Below, one piece after another: positions 1-10,233 of a stretch of 64,000 bases of DNA. Numbering within the stretch: the first letter of the stretch is position 1; the number at the start of each line of letters is the position of its first letter. A program made the position numbers and the translations under genes. Source of the DNA: an uncultured Collinsella sp. (GTDB lineage Bacteria; Actinomycetota; Coriobacteriia; Coriobacteriales; Coriobacteriaceae); the NCBI GenBank assembly GCA_958427975.1, contig CAUAEH010000002.1, forward strand, positions 16,724 through 80,723, written 5' to 3'. The notes under the pieces are model-generated. The model was given only the letters and a program-made list of their open reading frames with translations. It did no database searches and had not been told where the DNA came from.

Positions 1-61
1 TGGCGGTGCGCTATCATCGGCGGTATCGAAACCTGTATAGCCGTGCGCCAAAGGAACAACC

Positions 62-745
62 ATGAAGCTGATGCTTGCCGAAGACGAACCCGGCCTCTCC
101 CGCGCTCTTACCGCGATTCTTCAACATAGCGACTACGAGGTCGACACCGCCCTCGACGGTCTGACGGCGCTCGAATATCTGCTCGCCAACGACTATGACG
201 CCGCAATCCTGGACATCATGATGCCCGGCATGGATGGCATTGAGGTGCTCAAGCGCACGCGCGCCGCCGGCAAGCGACTGCCCATCATCATGCTTACGGC
301 CAAAAGTGAGGTGTCCGATAAGGTCGAGGGCCTGGATGCCGGTGCCAACGATTACCTGACCAAGCCGTTTGCCGCCAAGGAACTGCTCGCACGCATTCGT
401 GCCATGACGCGTGCCGCGACGGCAATTGACGCCACGACGCTCAGCGTGGGCAACGTGCGCCTCGACACGGCATCGTGCACGCTCGTTGGCCCTTTGGGCG
501 AGGAGCATCTGGCCAATCGCGAGTTTCAGCTTATGGGGCTCTTTATGCGCAACGCCGGCACGCGCATGCCCACCGAACGTCTGATGCTCGAGGTTTGGGG
601 TGAGGATGCGCCCGAAGGTGCCAACGTGGTGTGGGTCTATATCTCGTACCTGCGCAAAAAGCTGACGGCGCTGGGTACCAACGTGGCCATCCGCGCATCG
701 CGCAATCAGGGATATTCGCTTGAGGTTGTCGAGGAAGGCGAATAA
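62..745 (+). CDS. OmpR/PhoB-family response regulator
   Basis: REC domain (LAEDE, LDIMMPGMDG, KPF) plus winged-helix C-terminus (VWVYISYLRKKL, RNQGY); RBS AAGGA upstream. Confidence 0.95.
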   Translation: MKLMLAEDEPGLSRALTAILQHSDYEVDTALDGLTALEYLLANDYDAAILDIMMPGMDGIEVLKRTRAAGKRLPIIMLTAKSEVSDKVEGLDAGANDYLTKPFAAKELLARIRAMTRAATAIDATTLSVGNVRLDTASCTLVGPLGEEHLANREFQLMGLFMRNAGTRMPTERLMLEVWGEDAPEGANVVWVYISYLRKKLTALGTNVAIRASRNQGYSLEVVEEGE

Positions 746-747
746 GC

Positions 748-2127
748 GTGAGCGCGAGCGCGTGGCGGAAGCGCATGGCGGCAAAGCTCGGCATGGGCGC
801 GGACTCGGGTAATCCGGGGCGCGCCGATGCTGCCAGTGCAATGGGCCGCCGCCTGCGTCGCAAGTTCATCCTCGTTGCCATGGGCGCTGTGACCGTGGTG
901 CTCACGCTCATCATCGCTGGCATCAACATCGTCAATTATTCGCATGTCTGCAAGATGGCCGACGCTCGCCTGGACTATATCTTGGCGGGCAAGGATGGCA
1001 TTGATTGGGAGGACGAGCCTAAGACCGATCCCGGTCAGGATGCGGTTGCCGGCAAGGTCGCTACCGGTAACCGGGCGGCCGTTCGCGCCGGGCATTTTGA
1101 AGGTATGACGGCGGAGTCTCCCTTCGACACGCGCTACTTTACGGTGTCGATTGCCGGCGGGCGGGTGACAGATGTCAACACGGCCCGCATTGCCGCGGTG
1201 GGCACTAAGCGTGCTGCACGCATCGCTGCAGGACTATATTCCAAGGGTTGGACCTCGGGCTTTTCTGGTAACTACCGCTATACGGTTACGGTTCAGGGCG
1301 ACGAGACAACCTATGTGTTCGTGGACTGCTCGCGCGAGCTTGCAAGCTTTCATTCGTTTTTGAGCGCGAGCGTGGCGATCAGTTGCATTGGCTGGCTGGC
1401 GGTGCTGGCAATTGTGGCGGGTGCCTCGGGCGCGGTGATTCGACCGATGGTCGAGAGCTACAGCAAGCAAAAGCGCTTTATTACCGATGCGAGCCACGAG
1501 ATCAAGACGCCGCTGGCTGTAATTGACGCCGCCAATGAGGTGCAAGAGATCGAGAGCGGCGAGAGTGAGTGGACGCAGAGCATTCACGAGCAGGTCGCGC
1601 GGCTGACGGCGCTCACGGAGCGTCTGGTGTTTTTGGCTCGCATGGACGAGGGCTCGGCGGGCTTTACCATGACATCGATCGATCTTTCGGAGGCCGTGGA
1701 CAAGGCGGCGGCGCCGTTTGAGTCGGTGGCGGTTTCGCGTGGCAAGCGTCTGTCGACGTCGATTGCAAGCGGCGTGCGAGCCCATGCCGATGCCGCGGCG
1801 GTGGCGCAGGTTGTTGAGCTGCTGCTGGACAACGCCACACGCTACGCGAGCGAGGGCAGTGTTATCGAGCTGAGCCTGCGTGCCGTCTCACGCGGTCAGG
1901 GTAAGGGCGTCGCCGAACTTGTAGTATCGAACGCCGTGGACGAGCTGCCCGAGGGTGACCTGGACCGACTGTTCGACCGCTTCTACCGTGCAGACGTCTC
2001 GCGTAGCTCCAAGACGGGCGGCTCGGGCGTGGGTCTATCCGTCGTGCGTGCCATCGCCGAGGCCCATGGCGGGAGCGCTTCTGTCTGCGGCCACGGTAAC
2101 CAGATCACCTTCACCGTCCGCCTCTAA
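748..2127 (+). CDS. Two-TM sensor histidine kinase (start uncertain; ATG at 841 is an alternative)
   Basis: H-box ITDASHEIKTPL, N-box LLDNA, F/G2 boxes FDRFYR and GSGVGLS; two hydrophobic segments. Confidence 0.93.
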   Translation: MSASAWRKRMAAKLGMGADSGNPGRADAASAMGRRLRRKFILVAMGAVTVVLTLIIAGINIVNYSHVCKMADARLDYILAGKDGIDWEDEPKTDPGQDAVAGKVATGNRAAVRAGHFEGMTAESPFDTRYFTVSIAGGRVTDVNTARIAAVGTKRAARIAAGLYSKGWTSGFSGNYRYTVTVQGDETTYVFVDCSRELASFHSFLSASVAISCIGWLAVLAIVAGASGAVIRPMVESYSKQKRFITDASHEIKTPLAVIDAANEVQEIESGESEWTQSIHEQVARLTALTERLVFLARMDEGSAGFTMTSIDLSEAVDKAAAPFESVAVSRGKRLSTSIASGVRAHADAAAVAQVVELLLDNATRYASEGSVIELSLRAVSRGQGKGVAELVVSNAVDELPEGDLDRLFDRFYRADVSRSSKTGGSGVGLSVVRAIAEAHGGSASVCGHGNQITFTVRL

Positions 2128-2163
2128 AACCTGCCAAAATGAACCTGTCCCTTTTTGGTCGGT
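2126..2163 (-). repeat. REP-like hairpin, family A
   Basis: AAAACCTGCCAAAATGAACCTGTCCCTTTTTGG, overlapping the kinase stop codon. Confidence 0.88.
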
Positions 2164-2212
2164 GCGAAATGGGTAATACTAAGGAGTTATCCGACCAGAT
2201 GGGAATTAATCG

Positions 2213-2914
2213 ATGGCTTATATCGAATTCAAAGACGTCATCAAGGCGTACGGCGAGGGCGATGCCCGCATTCACGCGCTCGACGGCGCGAGCTTTACCG
2301 TTGAGCGCGGCGAGCTCGCCATTATCCTGGGCGCCTCGGGTGCCGGCAAGACTACGGCGCTCAACATCCTGGGTGGCATGGATACGGTAACCTCCGGCAC
2401 TGTGACGGTGGACGGGCGCGACGTGAGCTCCGCCAACGAGGCGCAGCTCGTGGAATACCGCCGTGCCGACGTCGGCTTTGTCTTCCAGTTCTACAATCTG
2501 GTCCCCAACCTGACGGCGCTCGAAAATGTCGAGCTTGCGGCGCAGATTTGCCCCGATTCGCTCGATGCCGAGCAAACGCTTCGTCAGGTTGGCCTGGGTG
2601 AGCGCCTCGCCAACTTCCCCGCGCAGCTTTCGGGCGGCGAGCAGCAACGCGTGTCCATCGCCCGTGCACTGGCAAAGAACCCCAAGCTGCTCCTGTGCGA
2701 CGAGCCCACGGGCGCACTCGACTACAAAACCGGCAAGCAGATCTTGCAGCTGCTACAGGACACCTGTCGCAAGCAGGGCATCACGGTCATCATCATCACC
2801 CATAACTCCGCGCTGGCGCCCATGGCCGATCGCCTGATCCGCTTTAAGAGCGGCCGCGTGGAGAGCGAGACGGTCCAGCAAAATCCCGTGCCGATCGAGA
2901 CGATCGAGTGGTAG
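2213..2914 (+). CDS. ABC transporter ATP-binding protein, LolD/MacB-like
   Basis: Walker A GASGAGKT, signature LSGGEQQRV, Walker [10 protein letters not shown]. Confidence 0.95.
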   Translation: MAYIEFKDVIKAYGEGDARIHALDGASFTVERGELAIILGASGAGKTTALNILGGMDTVTSGTVTVDGRDVSSANEAQLVEYRRADVGFVFQFYNLVPNLTALENVELAAQICPDSLDAEQTLRQVGLGERLANFPAQLSGGEQQRVSIARALAKNPKLLLCDEPTGALDYKTGKQILQLLQDTCRKQGITVIIITHNSALAPMADRLIRFKSGRVESETVQQNPVPIETIEW

Positions 2915-5685
2915 CGCCCATGGACCAAGATCGCCAAAACAGTCAAAACCACGATACGGAGCATGCGGGTCGCGACCGGGAGTTCGCGACCTACCGCGCC
3001 GCTCAAAGCTCAAACGATATGGTGCCGACGGTATTTCGCCGTGGTATCTACCGCACGATTCGTGGCAGTCTTAAGCGCTTCCTATCTATCGTGGTCATCA
3101 CCGCGCTTGGCGTGAGCGTGATGTGCGGCCTTAAGGCAGGCTGCGAGGATTTGTGCGATTCGGTCGACGCCTATTTTGACCAGCAGAATGTCTATGACAT
3201 TAACGTGCAGTCGACCTATGGCCTTACGCGCGACGATCTCGCGGCTATCCAAGAGGTCGACGGCGTCGTGACGGCCGAGGGTATCTACACCGAGACCGCC
3301 TACACCGCCGTGGGCACAACGCGCGAGCGCGTGGTCGTGCAAAGTCTCTCCAAGGAGAACATCGATCAGCCAGTGCTCGTGAACGGCGATTTGCCCGAGA
3401 GCGCCGATGAGGTCGCGGTGACTTCGAAGTTCCTGAAGGCTTCGGGCAAAAAGCTCGGCGATACGGTGAGTTTTGCCGCCAATGACGCAAGCTCGTCGAA
3501 CCAAAGTGCCAAGGATCAGTTTGCCGCGGGCGATTACACCATTACGGCCGAGGTCCTCGACCCCACCGACGTGAGTTCCGACTCGACAGTCAACGCCTTT
3601 CGCGCTGCTTCGGCGGCGGACTATAAGTTCTATGTGAGCGAGGACGCCGCGACATCTTCTTCCTACTCTGCGGTCCACGTGATCGTCGAGGGAGCCAAGA
3701 GTCTCAACTCCTATTCAGATGCCTACACGACAAAGATCAACGAGGTTAAAGGCAATATCGAGAAGATCCGCGAGGAGCGTGAGAAGGCGCGCGCTAAGGA
3801 GCTGACAGTCGACACGCCGGCAAGCTTAGATGCGGCTGAGCGCCAGGCGAATATGCTCTTTGGGATTGAACAGGGCAACATCAACCGCATGGCAGAGGGC
3901 AGTGAGGAGCGCGTGCAAGCGCAGGCCGACCTGGACCAGCGTCGCGCCGCCGCCGACCAGCAGTTTGCCGATGCCCGCGCCGAGCTCTCTGACCTGGGCG
4001 AATGCACCTGGTACATCCAGGACCGCGGCAATATCGCAAGCTACTCGAGCGTGGAGAGCGATAGCTCGTCAATTGAGGCCATCGCCACGGTGTTCCCGTT
4101 CATCTTCTTTATCGTCGCCGTGCTCATCAGCCTCACCACCGCCACGCGTATGGTCGAGGAGGAGCGCACGCTTATTGGCCTGTACAAAGCGCTCGGCTAT
4201 TCGCGCGGGCGTATTCTGTCCAAATACGTGGACTACTCGCTGTGGGCGTGTCTGATCGGCGGCGTGCTCGGCAACATCATCGGATTTGTGGGCCTGCCGC
4301 TGTTCCTGTTTACGGTGTTCGACGACATGTACTCACTGCCCCAGATGCTGCTTTCGTACGACATCGTGTCGTCGCTCGTGTCGGTGGCGCTGTTTGCCGT
4401 GGGCGTGGTGGGCGCCACGATTATCGCCTGCCGCCACGAGATGGCCGAGACCCCAGCCTCGCTCATGCGCCCCAAGGCCCCGCGCGCCGGCTCGCGTATC
4501 TTGCTCGAGCGCATCGGCTTTATCTGGCGCCGCATGGGCTTTTTGAACAAGGTGGCAGCACGTAACCTGTTCCGCTACAAAAAGCGCGCCTTTATGACCA
4601 TCTTTGGCATCGCGGGCTGTACGGCGCTTGTGATTTGCGGCATGGGCATTCGTGATACGTCGGTCGCGCTTTCGCCCAAGCAGTACGGGCATATCACGCG
4701 CTATGACCTGCTGGCGGTTGCCAATCCCGACGATTTTTCGCAGACGTGCGCGGCGCTCGACGAGCGAAGCGCAGCCAAGGATTCCGACGTGACCGTGACT
4801 TCGACGCTGCCGATTATGACCGACAACGTCACCTTTACATTTGGCGGCAAGAGCGAGACCGTGCAGCTGATCGTGGTGCCCGATGACCGCACGAACGACC
4901 TGGACGACTACGTGCGTCTCGAGGATGAGTCCAAAGAGCCTCTATCTTTGCGCGACGGAGATGTGTATCTGAGCAAGAGTTCACAGCTGGTACTGGGGAT
5001 TCAACCGGGCGATACGGCACACGTCCAGGATTCGTCGCTCAACGTAGCCAAGGTCAAAGTCAGCGACATTTCGCTCAACTATCTGGGCAACACGCTTTAC
5101 ATGACGCAGGGCATCTATGAGCGCGCGTTCGGTCGAAGCGCGCGCCTTAACGGCGTCTTTGTGCTGCTTAAGGGCTCGTCGGCCGATCAGATTGCGTTTA
5201 GCAAGAAGCTTAAGAGCGACGGTTGGCTCACCATCTCGAGCACGGCTGAACATTGGCAGAACTTCGAGGCGAACTTCACTATCATCAATTCCGTCGTGGT
5301 GCTCGTGACCTTTATGGCGGCGTGTCTATCGTTTGTGGTGGTGTTTACGCTGTCCAACACGAATATCTCCGAGCGCGAGCGCGAGCTGGCGACCATCAAG
5401 GTGCTGGGCTTCCGCCGTGGCGAGGTGCACCACTACGTCAACAAGGAGACGTTGATCCTCACGGCGATCGGCGCTGCGCTGGGCGTGCCGCTGGGCGGCT
5501 TGCTGGCCGAGAGCTTTACCTACATTTTGCAGATGCCGTCGCTGTACTTTGACGTCGAGGTCGAGCCACTGAGCTACGTGCTCGCCGTGCTGCTGGCCTT
5601 TGGCTTTACGTTTATCGTCAACCTCGCCACCAATCGTACCCTCAACAAGATCGACATGGTCGGCGCCCTCAAGAGCGCCGAGTAG
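2908..5685 (+). CDS. FtsX-like ABC permease with duplicated FtsX domains (start uncertain)
   Basis: Two FtsX-type motifs (EERTLIGLYKALGYSR, ERERELATIKVLGF), multiple TM helices; follows the ATPase. Confidence 0.9.
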   Translation: MVAPMDQDRQNSQNHDTEHAGRDREFATYRAAQSSNDMVPTVFRRGIYRTIRGSLKRFLSIVVITALGVSVMCGLKAGCEDLCDSVDAYFDQQNVYDINVQSTYGLTRDDLAAIQEVDGVVTAEGIYTETAYTAVGTTRERVVVQSLSKENIDQPVLVNGDLPESADEVAVTSKFLKASGKKLGDTVSFAANDASSSNQSAKDQFAAGDYTITAEVLDPTDVSSDSTVNAFRAASAADYKFYVSEDAATSSSYSAVHVIVEGAKSLNSYSDAYTTKINEVKGNIEKIREEREKARAKELTVDTPASLDAAERQANMLFGIEQGNINRMAEGSEERVQAQADLDQRRAAADQQFADARAELSDLGECTWYIQDRGNIASYSSVESDSSSIEAIATVFPFIFFIVAVLISLTTATRMVEEERTLIGLYKALGYSRGRILSKYVDYSLWACLIGGVLGNIIGFVGLPLFLFTVFDDMYSLPQMLLSYDIVSSLVSVALFAVGVVGATIIACRHEMAETPASLMRPKAPRAGSRILLERIGFIWRRMGFLNKVAARNLFRYKKRAFMTIFGIAGCTALVICGMGIRDTSVALSPKQYGHITRYDLLAVANPDDFSQTCAALDERSAAKDSDVTVTSTLPIMTDNVTFTFGGKSETVQLIVVPDDRTNDLDDYVRLEDESKEPLSLRDGDVYLSKSSQLVLGIQPGDTAHVQDSSLNVAKVKVSDISLNYLGNTLYMTQGIYERAFGRSARLNGVFVLLKGSSADQIAFSKKLKSDGWLTISSTAEHWQNFEANFTIINSVVVLVTFMAACLSFVVVFTLSNTNISERERELATIKVLGFRRGEVHHYVNKETLILTAIGAALGVPLGGLLAESFTYILQMPSLYFDVEVEPLSYVLAVLLAFGFTFIVNLATNRTLNKIDMVGALKSAE

Positions 5686-5735
5686 CCTGCCAAAAAGGGA
5701 CAGGTTTATTTTGGCAGGTTTTATCTGGGCAAACG
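5686..5735 (+). repeat. REP-like hairpin, family A
   Basis: CCTGCCAAAAAGGGACAGGTTTATTTTGGCAGGTTTTATCTGGG. Confidence 0.92.
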
Positions 5736-5801
5736 CCGGACAACCATTAGATGGCCCGGCGTTTGCCCCGTTTTGCTGGGGATGTTTGTCGTTCGGTGCT
5801 C

Positions 5802-6122
5802 TTACTGGCCAATCCAGTGTTGCGCATAGCTCTTAATGTCCTCGGTAAAACCGTCAAGGTCGTCAAGGGTGATCACGCTGTCGATAAGCAAATTGGCTAT
5901 CTCGCGGTGCATTGTGCTGCGGCGAATGTCGTTTGCAATTACGCCTGAGGACAGCTTGTCTCTATTGAGGCTCTCTTCTAGTGCCCAAAATCTACTGGAC
6001 GCTTCGCTGTCGCCATTCAGTATCTCAACGTACTGGCCGATGAGCTTTTCCATATAACGTTCTTGCCATTGAGGAAGCGTTTTCTTAAACAGCTTCCAGT
6101 CGCTTTCGGCTACGTCGCGCAT
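5802..6122 (-). CDS. Hypothetical protein (MRDVAESDWKLF...)
   Basis: RBS GGAGGA before ATG at 6122; more AT-rich than neighbours; no function recognised. Confidence 0.7.
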   Translation of the reverse strand: MRDVAESDWKLFKKTLPQWQERYMEKLIGQYVEILNGDSEASSRFWALEESLNRDKLSSGVIANDIRRSTMHREIANLLIDSVITLDDLDGFTEDIKSYAQHWIGQ

Positions 6123-6250
6123 ATGTCCTCCGCTCGTCAAACGGGCTTTTCATTTGCCTTTTATTCTATTTGCTTTTCGCTCTCAGGCGTGGATGAGAGG
6201 CGCTCTTTAGCCTTCGAGATTGGGCTTGAATGGGTTGTATGCCACAAAAC

Positions 6251-6390
6251 GGGCCTATCTACTACGTTTAATTGGATACCCTCAACCATACCGGGAAAAC
6301 GAAAAATAAAACCGAAGGTAGAAGGCCTGTCGATTTTCGAAAAAGGCGGTCATGGTTGGCCCCTTCGGGCTAAACGTAGTAAATAGGCCC
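6251..6390. repeat. 140-bp element with 20-bp terminal IRs and conserved central core
   Basis: GGGCCTATCTACTACGTTTA / TAAACGTAGTAAATAGGCCC; core 6305-6330. Confidence 0.8.
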
Positions 6391-6453
6391 TTTTCTTGGC
6401 GTGCGGTCAGCTCAATGCTTATCTCCGTGCCGGAACTGACCCAATTGCTTGTT

Positions 6454-6520
6454 AGTTGCGGTGATATAGGGACTGTTTGGTGCTTTGGAGCCTCAAAACA
6501 GTCCCTATTCCACCACAACT
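6454..6520. repeat. 67-bp terminal-inverted-repeat element
   Basis: AGTTGCGGTGATATAG...CTATTCCACCACAACT. Confidence 0.88.
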
Positions 6521-6570
6521 TGGAAGGGGCGGGCGGTACCGGATGAGTGGTGCTGGCGGGTTAGGGCGGT

Positions 6571-7494
6571 TTAGACCCGTTTGCGGTGCTTCCATTGTTT
6601 GCGGCACCAACGCATGAGTGCTTTTACGACCGGGATGGTGATGAGGATTACCCAGGCGGGATGGGGTTGTTCCAGGCAGAGCCACATGTAGAGGAACCAT
6701 GCCTCGGCACTGACTGAATAGACGACATCGATCAGCTTAGATAAGTGGCGTTGGTCGATAAAGTCGCCAAGCGCGTAATAGACGGGAATCAAAAAGACGA
6801 GGAAGAGTCCCGTAGCCCATGTGCCGTAGACAATGCCGAGCACCAGATAGGCGAGGGCGACAAGCGCGGGGAAGGGGAATTTGTTCCATGTACGTCCGAC
6901 CTTGGTGTGGAAATGCTTGCCATGATGGTCGAGCTTGTCGTGTGCTTCCTTCCAGCTGGAAAACGTCTCGCCGTCGATGGTGACGGTGCCGTCGTCATTG
7001 ATATGCACACTATGTCCATCGTCCTCAAGCGTATCGATATGCAATCCGCCCGGCCCCACATGGACCTCTTCACCCTTGCGCTCGTTAGCTACATGAATGC
7101 CACTCCAGCCAACATGAACCTCTTTGCCTTTGTTGGGATCAATAACGTGGATGCCGCGCGCGAGGGAAATATCGACAAGCGGCTTATCGCTGCAATCAGC
7201 GTGCTCAGCAGAAGCCTCAGCCTCTTCAGCCTTATCTGAAGCTTTGGTGCCGGCGTTGCTGTTCTGAGCCTCATCATCAGCGCTAGCCACCGCCTCCCCA
7301 TACAGCAGCTCATCCAGCGACACGCCATACAGCGCGGCGAGCGCAATAAGGTTATCGGTATCGGGCGAGGATTCGCTGCGCTCCCATTTACTGACAGCCT
7401 GACGACTCACACCCAGCTGGGCGGCAAGCGCCTCCTGAGAAAGCCCGGCAGCCTTGCGGCGATCAACGAGCCGCTGCGCCATCGCAAGATCCAT
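6571..7494 (-). CDS. XRE-family HTH protein with His-rich middle and C-terminal TM helices
   Basis: LSQEALAAQLGVSRQAVSKWE HTH; RBS AAAGGA before ATG at 7494; hydrophobic C-terminus. Confidence 0.85.
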   Translation of the reverse strand: MDLAMAQRLVDRRKAAGLSQEALAAQLGVSRQAVSKWERSESSPDTDNLIALAALYGVSLDELLYGEAVASADDEAQNSNAGTKASDKAEEAEASAEHADCSDKPLVDISLARGIHVIDPNKGKEVHVGWSGIHVANERKGEEVHVGPGGLHIDTLEDDGHSVHINDDGTVTIDGETFSSWKEAHDKLDHHGKHFHTKVGRTWNKFPFPALVALAYLVLGIVYGTWATGLFLVFLIPVYYALGDFIDQRHLSKLIDVVYSVSAEAWFLYMWLCLEQPHPAWVILITIPVVKALMRWCRKQWKHRKRV

Positions 7495-7679
7495 GACAGT
7501 TCCTTTCATATGGTGACCGTAATCGAATGAGCCGAGTATGCCGAGAACAACCGGTAGCGACCACCATTTCTAGTTAGAATCTGCCCCAACCCTACCGCAA
7601 CTACCGGTAGCAACCCCTAACGACCAGCCATTTCAGGACAAATGTCAGTGCAAGTAGCAGCCAAGAGCCCCGGGTCAAA

Positions 7680-7746
7680 AGTTGCGGTGGAATAGTTCTT
7701 AGATTCAGCCATTTGCGGGCTAAGCAGGAACTATTTCACCGCAACT
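7680..7746. repeat. 67-bp terminal-inverted-repeat element
   Basis: AGTTGCGGTGGAATAG...CTATTTCACCGCAACT. Confidence 0.88.
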
Positions 7747-7776
7747 TAATTTCAGACCAGGCACCCGCAGCAAGAA

Positions 7777-7936
7777 GACGAATAACCTCGGCGAGTATGT
7801 AAACGCAGGGCCCTCCGACCCCGCCCGACGATTTCGATTGGCGACCTTTGACGGAGTCAAGGGAGGAGCCAAATCGAAATACGTCGGGCGGGGTCGGAGG
7901 GCCCGATGGGATGGATTTCGGCCGAGGCTATTCGTC
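7777..7936. repeat. About 160-bp imperfect palindrome overlapping the pfkA 3' end
   Basis: GACGAATAACCTCGGC/GCCGAGGCTATTCGTC and GGGCCCTCCGACCCCGCCCGACG/CGTCGGGCGGGGTCGGAGGGCCC. Confidence 0.88.
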
Positions 7937-9007
7937 GCCGAAGCTGATGCCCAACGCCTTGGCCTCGCGCACCAGGTCGCTCTGGGGATCGACATACTTG
8001 AGCTTGCCGGCGACCTCCTCGAGCGGCATGTGGCACATCTTTCCATCGCGCAGGGCAATCATGTAGCCAAACTCGCCGCGCAGGCAGCCCAGTGCCGCCT
8101 CGACGCCGCACTGGGTCGCAAAGATGCGGTCCTGGGCATCGGGCTGACCGCCGCGCTGCGTGTGGCCGGGGATGGCGACGCGGGTCTCGCGACCGGTCTT
8201 GGTCTCAATCTCCTTGGCGATGTCGTAGACAATCGACGGACTCGTGCGCTCGGCAAGCTTTTTCTTGTACTCCTTCTTGGGCAGCGCCGCGTCCTCCTTG
8301 GAGATAGCGCCCTCGGCGACGGCCACGATGGTAAAGCGGCTGCCGGTCTCCATGCGATGTTCGATGGTCTTGATGACGTTTTCCATGTCGTAAGGGATCT
8401 CTGGAATCAGGATGACGTCCGCGCCGCCCGCGACGCCGGCGTACAGTGGAATCCAGCCAACCTTGTGGCCCATGATCTCGATAACGAACACGCGGCCGTG
8501 ACTCGAGGCAGTGGTGTGGATGTCGTCGATGCACTTGGTGGCGACGTCGATGGCGCTCGTAAAGCCAAACGTCAGCTCGGTGCCCCAGGTGTCGTTATCG
8601 ATGGTCTTGGGCAGCGCGATAACGTTGAGGCCCTCTTCGCGCAGGCGGTTGGCGGTCTTGGTGGAGCCGTTGCCGCCCAGCATAAACAGGCAGTCGAGCT
8701 GCAGCTTGTGATAGGTGTGAACCATTGCCGGCACCTTTTCGACGCCGTCGGCCTCGGGAATGTCCAGGCGCTTGAACGGCGTACGGCTTGTGCCCAGAAT
8801 AGTGCCGCCGCGGGTGAGGATACCGCTAAAATCGGCGGGCGTCATGACGCGGAACCTGCTGTAGATAAGGCCCTGGTAGCCGTCCTCAAAACCATAGATC
8901 TCGATAGGTTCTTCGCTATTGGTCATAAGCGTTTTGACGATGCCGCGCATGGTGGCGTTGAGCGCCTGGCAGTCGCCGCCACTAGTAAGAAGACCGATTC
9001 TAAGCAT
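7928..9007 (-). CDS. pfkA: 6-phosphofructokinase
   Basis: TSGGD, GGTILGTSR, GGNGS, PKTIDND, GHTQRGG motifs. Confidence 0.95.
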   Translation of the reverse strand: MLRIGLLTSGGDCQALNATMRGIVKTLMTNSEEPIEIYGFEDGYQGLIYSRFRVMTPADFSGILTRGGTILGTSRTPFKRLDIPEADGVEKVPAMVHTYHKLQLDCLFMLGGNGSTKTANRLREEGLNVIALPKTIDNDTWGTELTFGFTSAIDVATKCIDDIHTTASSHGRVFVIEIMGHKVGWIPLYAGVAGGADVILIPEIPYDMENVIKTIEHRMETGSRFTIVAVAEGAISKEDAALPKKEYKKKLAERTSPSIVYDIAKEIETKTGRETRVAIPGHTQRGGQPDAQDRIFATQCGVEAALGCLRGEFGYMIALRDGKMCHMPLEEVAGKLKYVDPQSDLVREAKALGISFGDE

Positions 9008-9147
9008 GGTGAATCCTTCCGGGCAAGTTATAACATGCGCATAAGTTTACCCCCGCACACTGTTGATACGGGGGTAAAACGTGTTAGCTCAAATGTATGG
9101 AAATGTAAGCAACGTCAGGCCAGCGTAAGGACGACGGTGCCATCTCC

Positions 9148-10233
9148 TTACAGCGCGAAGGCATCGATGTCGCCCCAGTGGCGGCGCAGCGTGATGGCGG
9201 CAGCGGGCTCGGTGTTGTCAAAGACGACCGACCACTGCGTGTTGCTGGTGATGTCTTCCGGATTGGGCTCTTGCGCCGCAGCGCGTAGGGCCTTCCAAGC
9301 GACTGCCTCGTTCTGGGCACCGACATGGGCGTCAAGGACATCGGCGATTGCGACGGCGCGCTCTTTACCATGGCCCAGCTCGCCATTCTTTTGGTTGGGC
9401 AGCACTTCGTCGCCATAGCAGGCATAGAAGTTCGTAACCTGGCGTACAGGAGTCGCTTTGAAAGCGCGGTCCGGATCGCGCGGATCCCACTCTACTACGC
9501 GCGCGTCACCGGCGGCGTCGTTGATAAAGAAGTGGTAATCGCGTCCTGCCATAGCGTGCATGTCGTAGGCGGAAAGCAGGTCGACAGCTTCTTGCGTGGT
9601 GGCGGCACGGTCGAGCACCAGGCGGATGGCGAGCGAGGTATTGATGGCGGGGCGTTGCGTGTCCTGGTCACAGGGCTTGGAATCCAGGGTGAGTACGGCA
9701 ATGGACACGCCGCATTCGTTAACACCGTCGAGCTGGGCAAACGGGCCCATCAACGCCGCGGCGCGTCCGGTGATGGAGTCAAGCGGAGTGTTGGCGCCCA
9801 GGTTATTGAGGGCGGCAAACCCGATGGAAGCATAGCCGCCGCGTGGGTGATTGCGCACCAGCAGCGCCGAGGTGTCGTCCTTAAAGTCGTAATTGCGACC
9901 GGTGCGCACGCGGCCTTCGGCATCTACGGCGACAAAAGCGCTGCAGGCAAACTGGGGCGCCTGGACATGTGCCGGCACACCGGGCAGCACCTGCGCCACC
10001 ACGGCATCGATGTAGGCCTGGTCGTCGCGCACGCCAGCGGCGATGATGCGATCAAGATCGTAGTCGTAGGCGATGTCGATTGCGTACAGGTCATAGCCAT
10101 CCGCGTAGCCGGTCAAGCGTTTGAGCGACGCGGCGGACTTGATTTGCTTGTGATAAACGATACCGGTGGCAGCGGCAAGGCCGACGGCGACTCCCGCGAC
10201 ACCGCAGGCGATGGCAATGTTACGTGGCTTCAT
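9148..10233 (-). CDS. Ntn-hydrolase (C45/C59 linear amide C-N hydrolase-like) with N-terminal signal anchor
   Basis: ACSAF (nucleophile Cys after a propeptide), GRNYDF, DGVNECGVSIA, TNF. Confidence 0.8.
   Translation of the reverse strand: MKPRNIAIACGVAGVAVGLAAATGIVYHKQIKSAASLKRLTGYADGYDLYAIDIAYDYDLDRIIAAGVRDDQAYIDAVVAQVLPGVPAHVQAPQFACSAFVAVDAEGRVRTGRNYDFKDDTSALLVRNHPRGGYASIGFAALNNLGANTPLDSITGRAAALMGPFAQLDGVNECGVSIAVLTLDSKPCDQDTQRPAINTSLAIRLVLDRAATTQEAVDLLSAYDMHAMAGRDYHFFINDAAGDARVVEWDPRDPDRAFKATPVRQVTNFYACYGDEVLPNQKNGELGHGKERAVAIADVLDAHVGAQNEAVAWKALRAAAQEPNPEDITSNTQWSVVFDNTEPAAAITLRRHWGDIDAFAL

Noticed and set aside
9148..10233. Classical bile salt hydrolase
   Set aside because: Catalytic Cys follows a long pro-region and signal anchor rather than being residue 2
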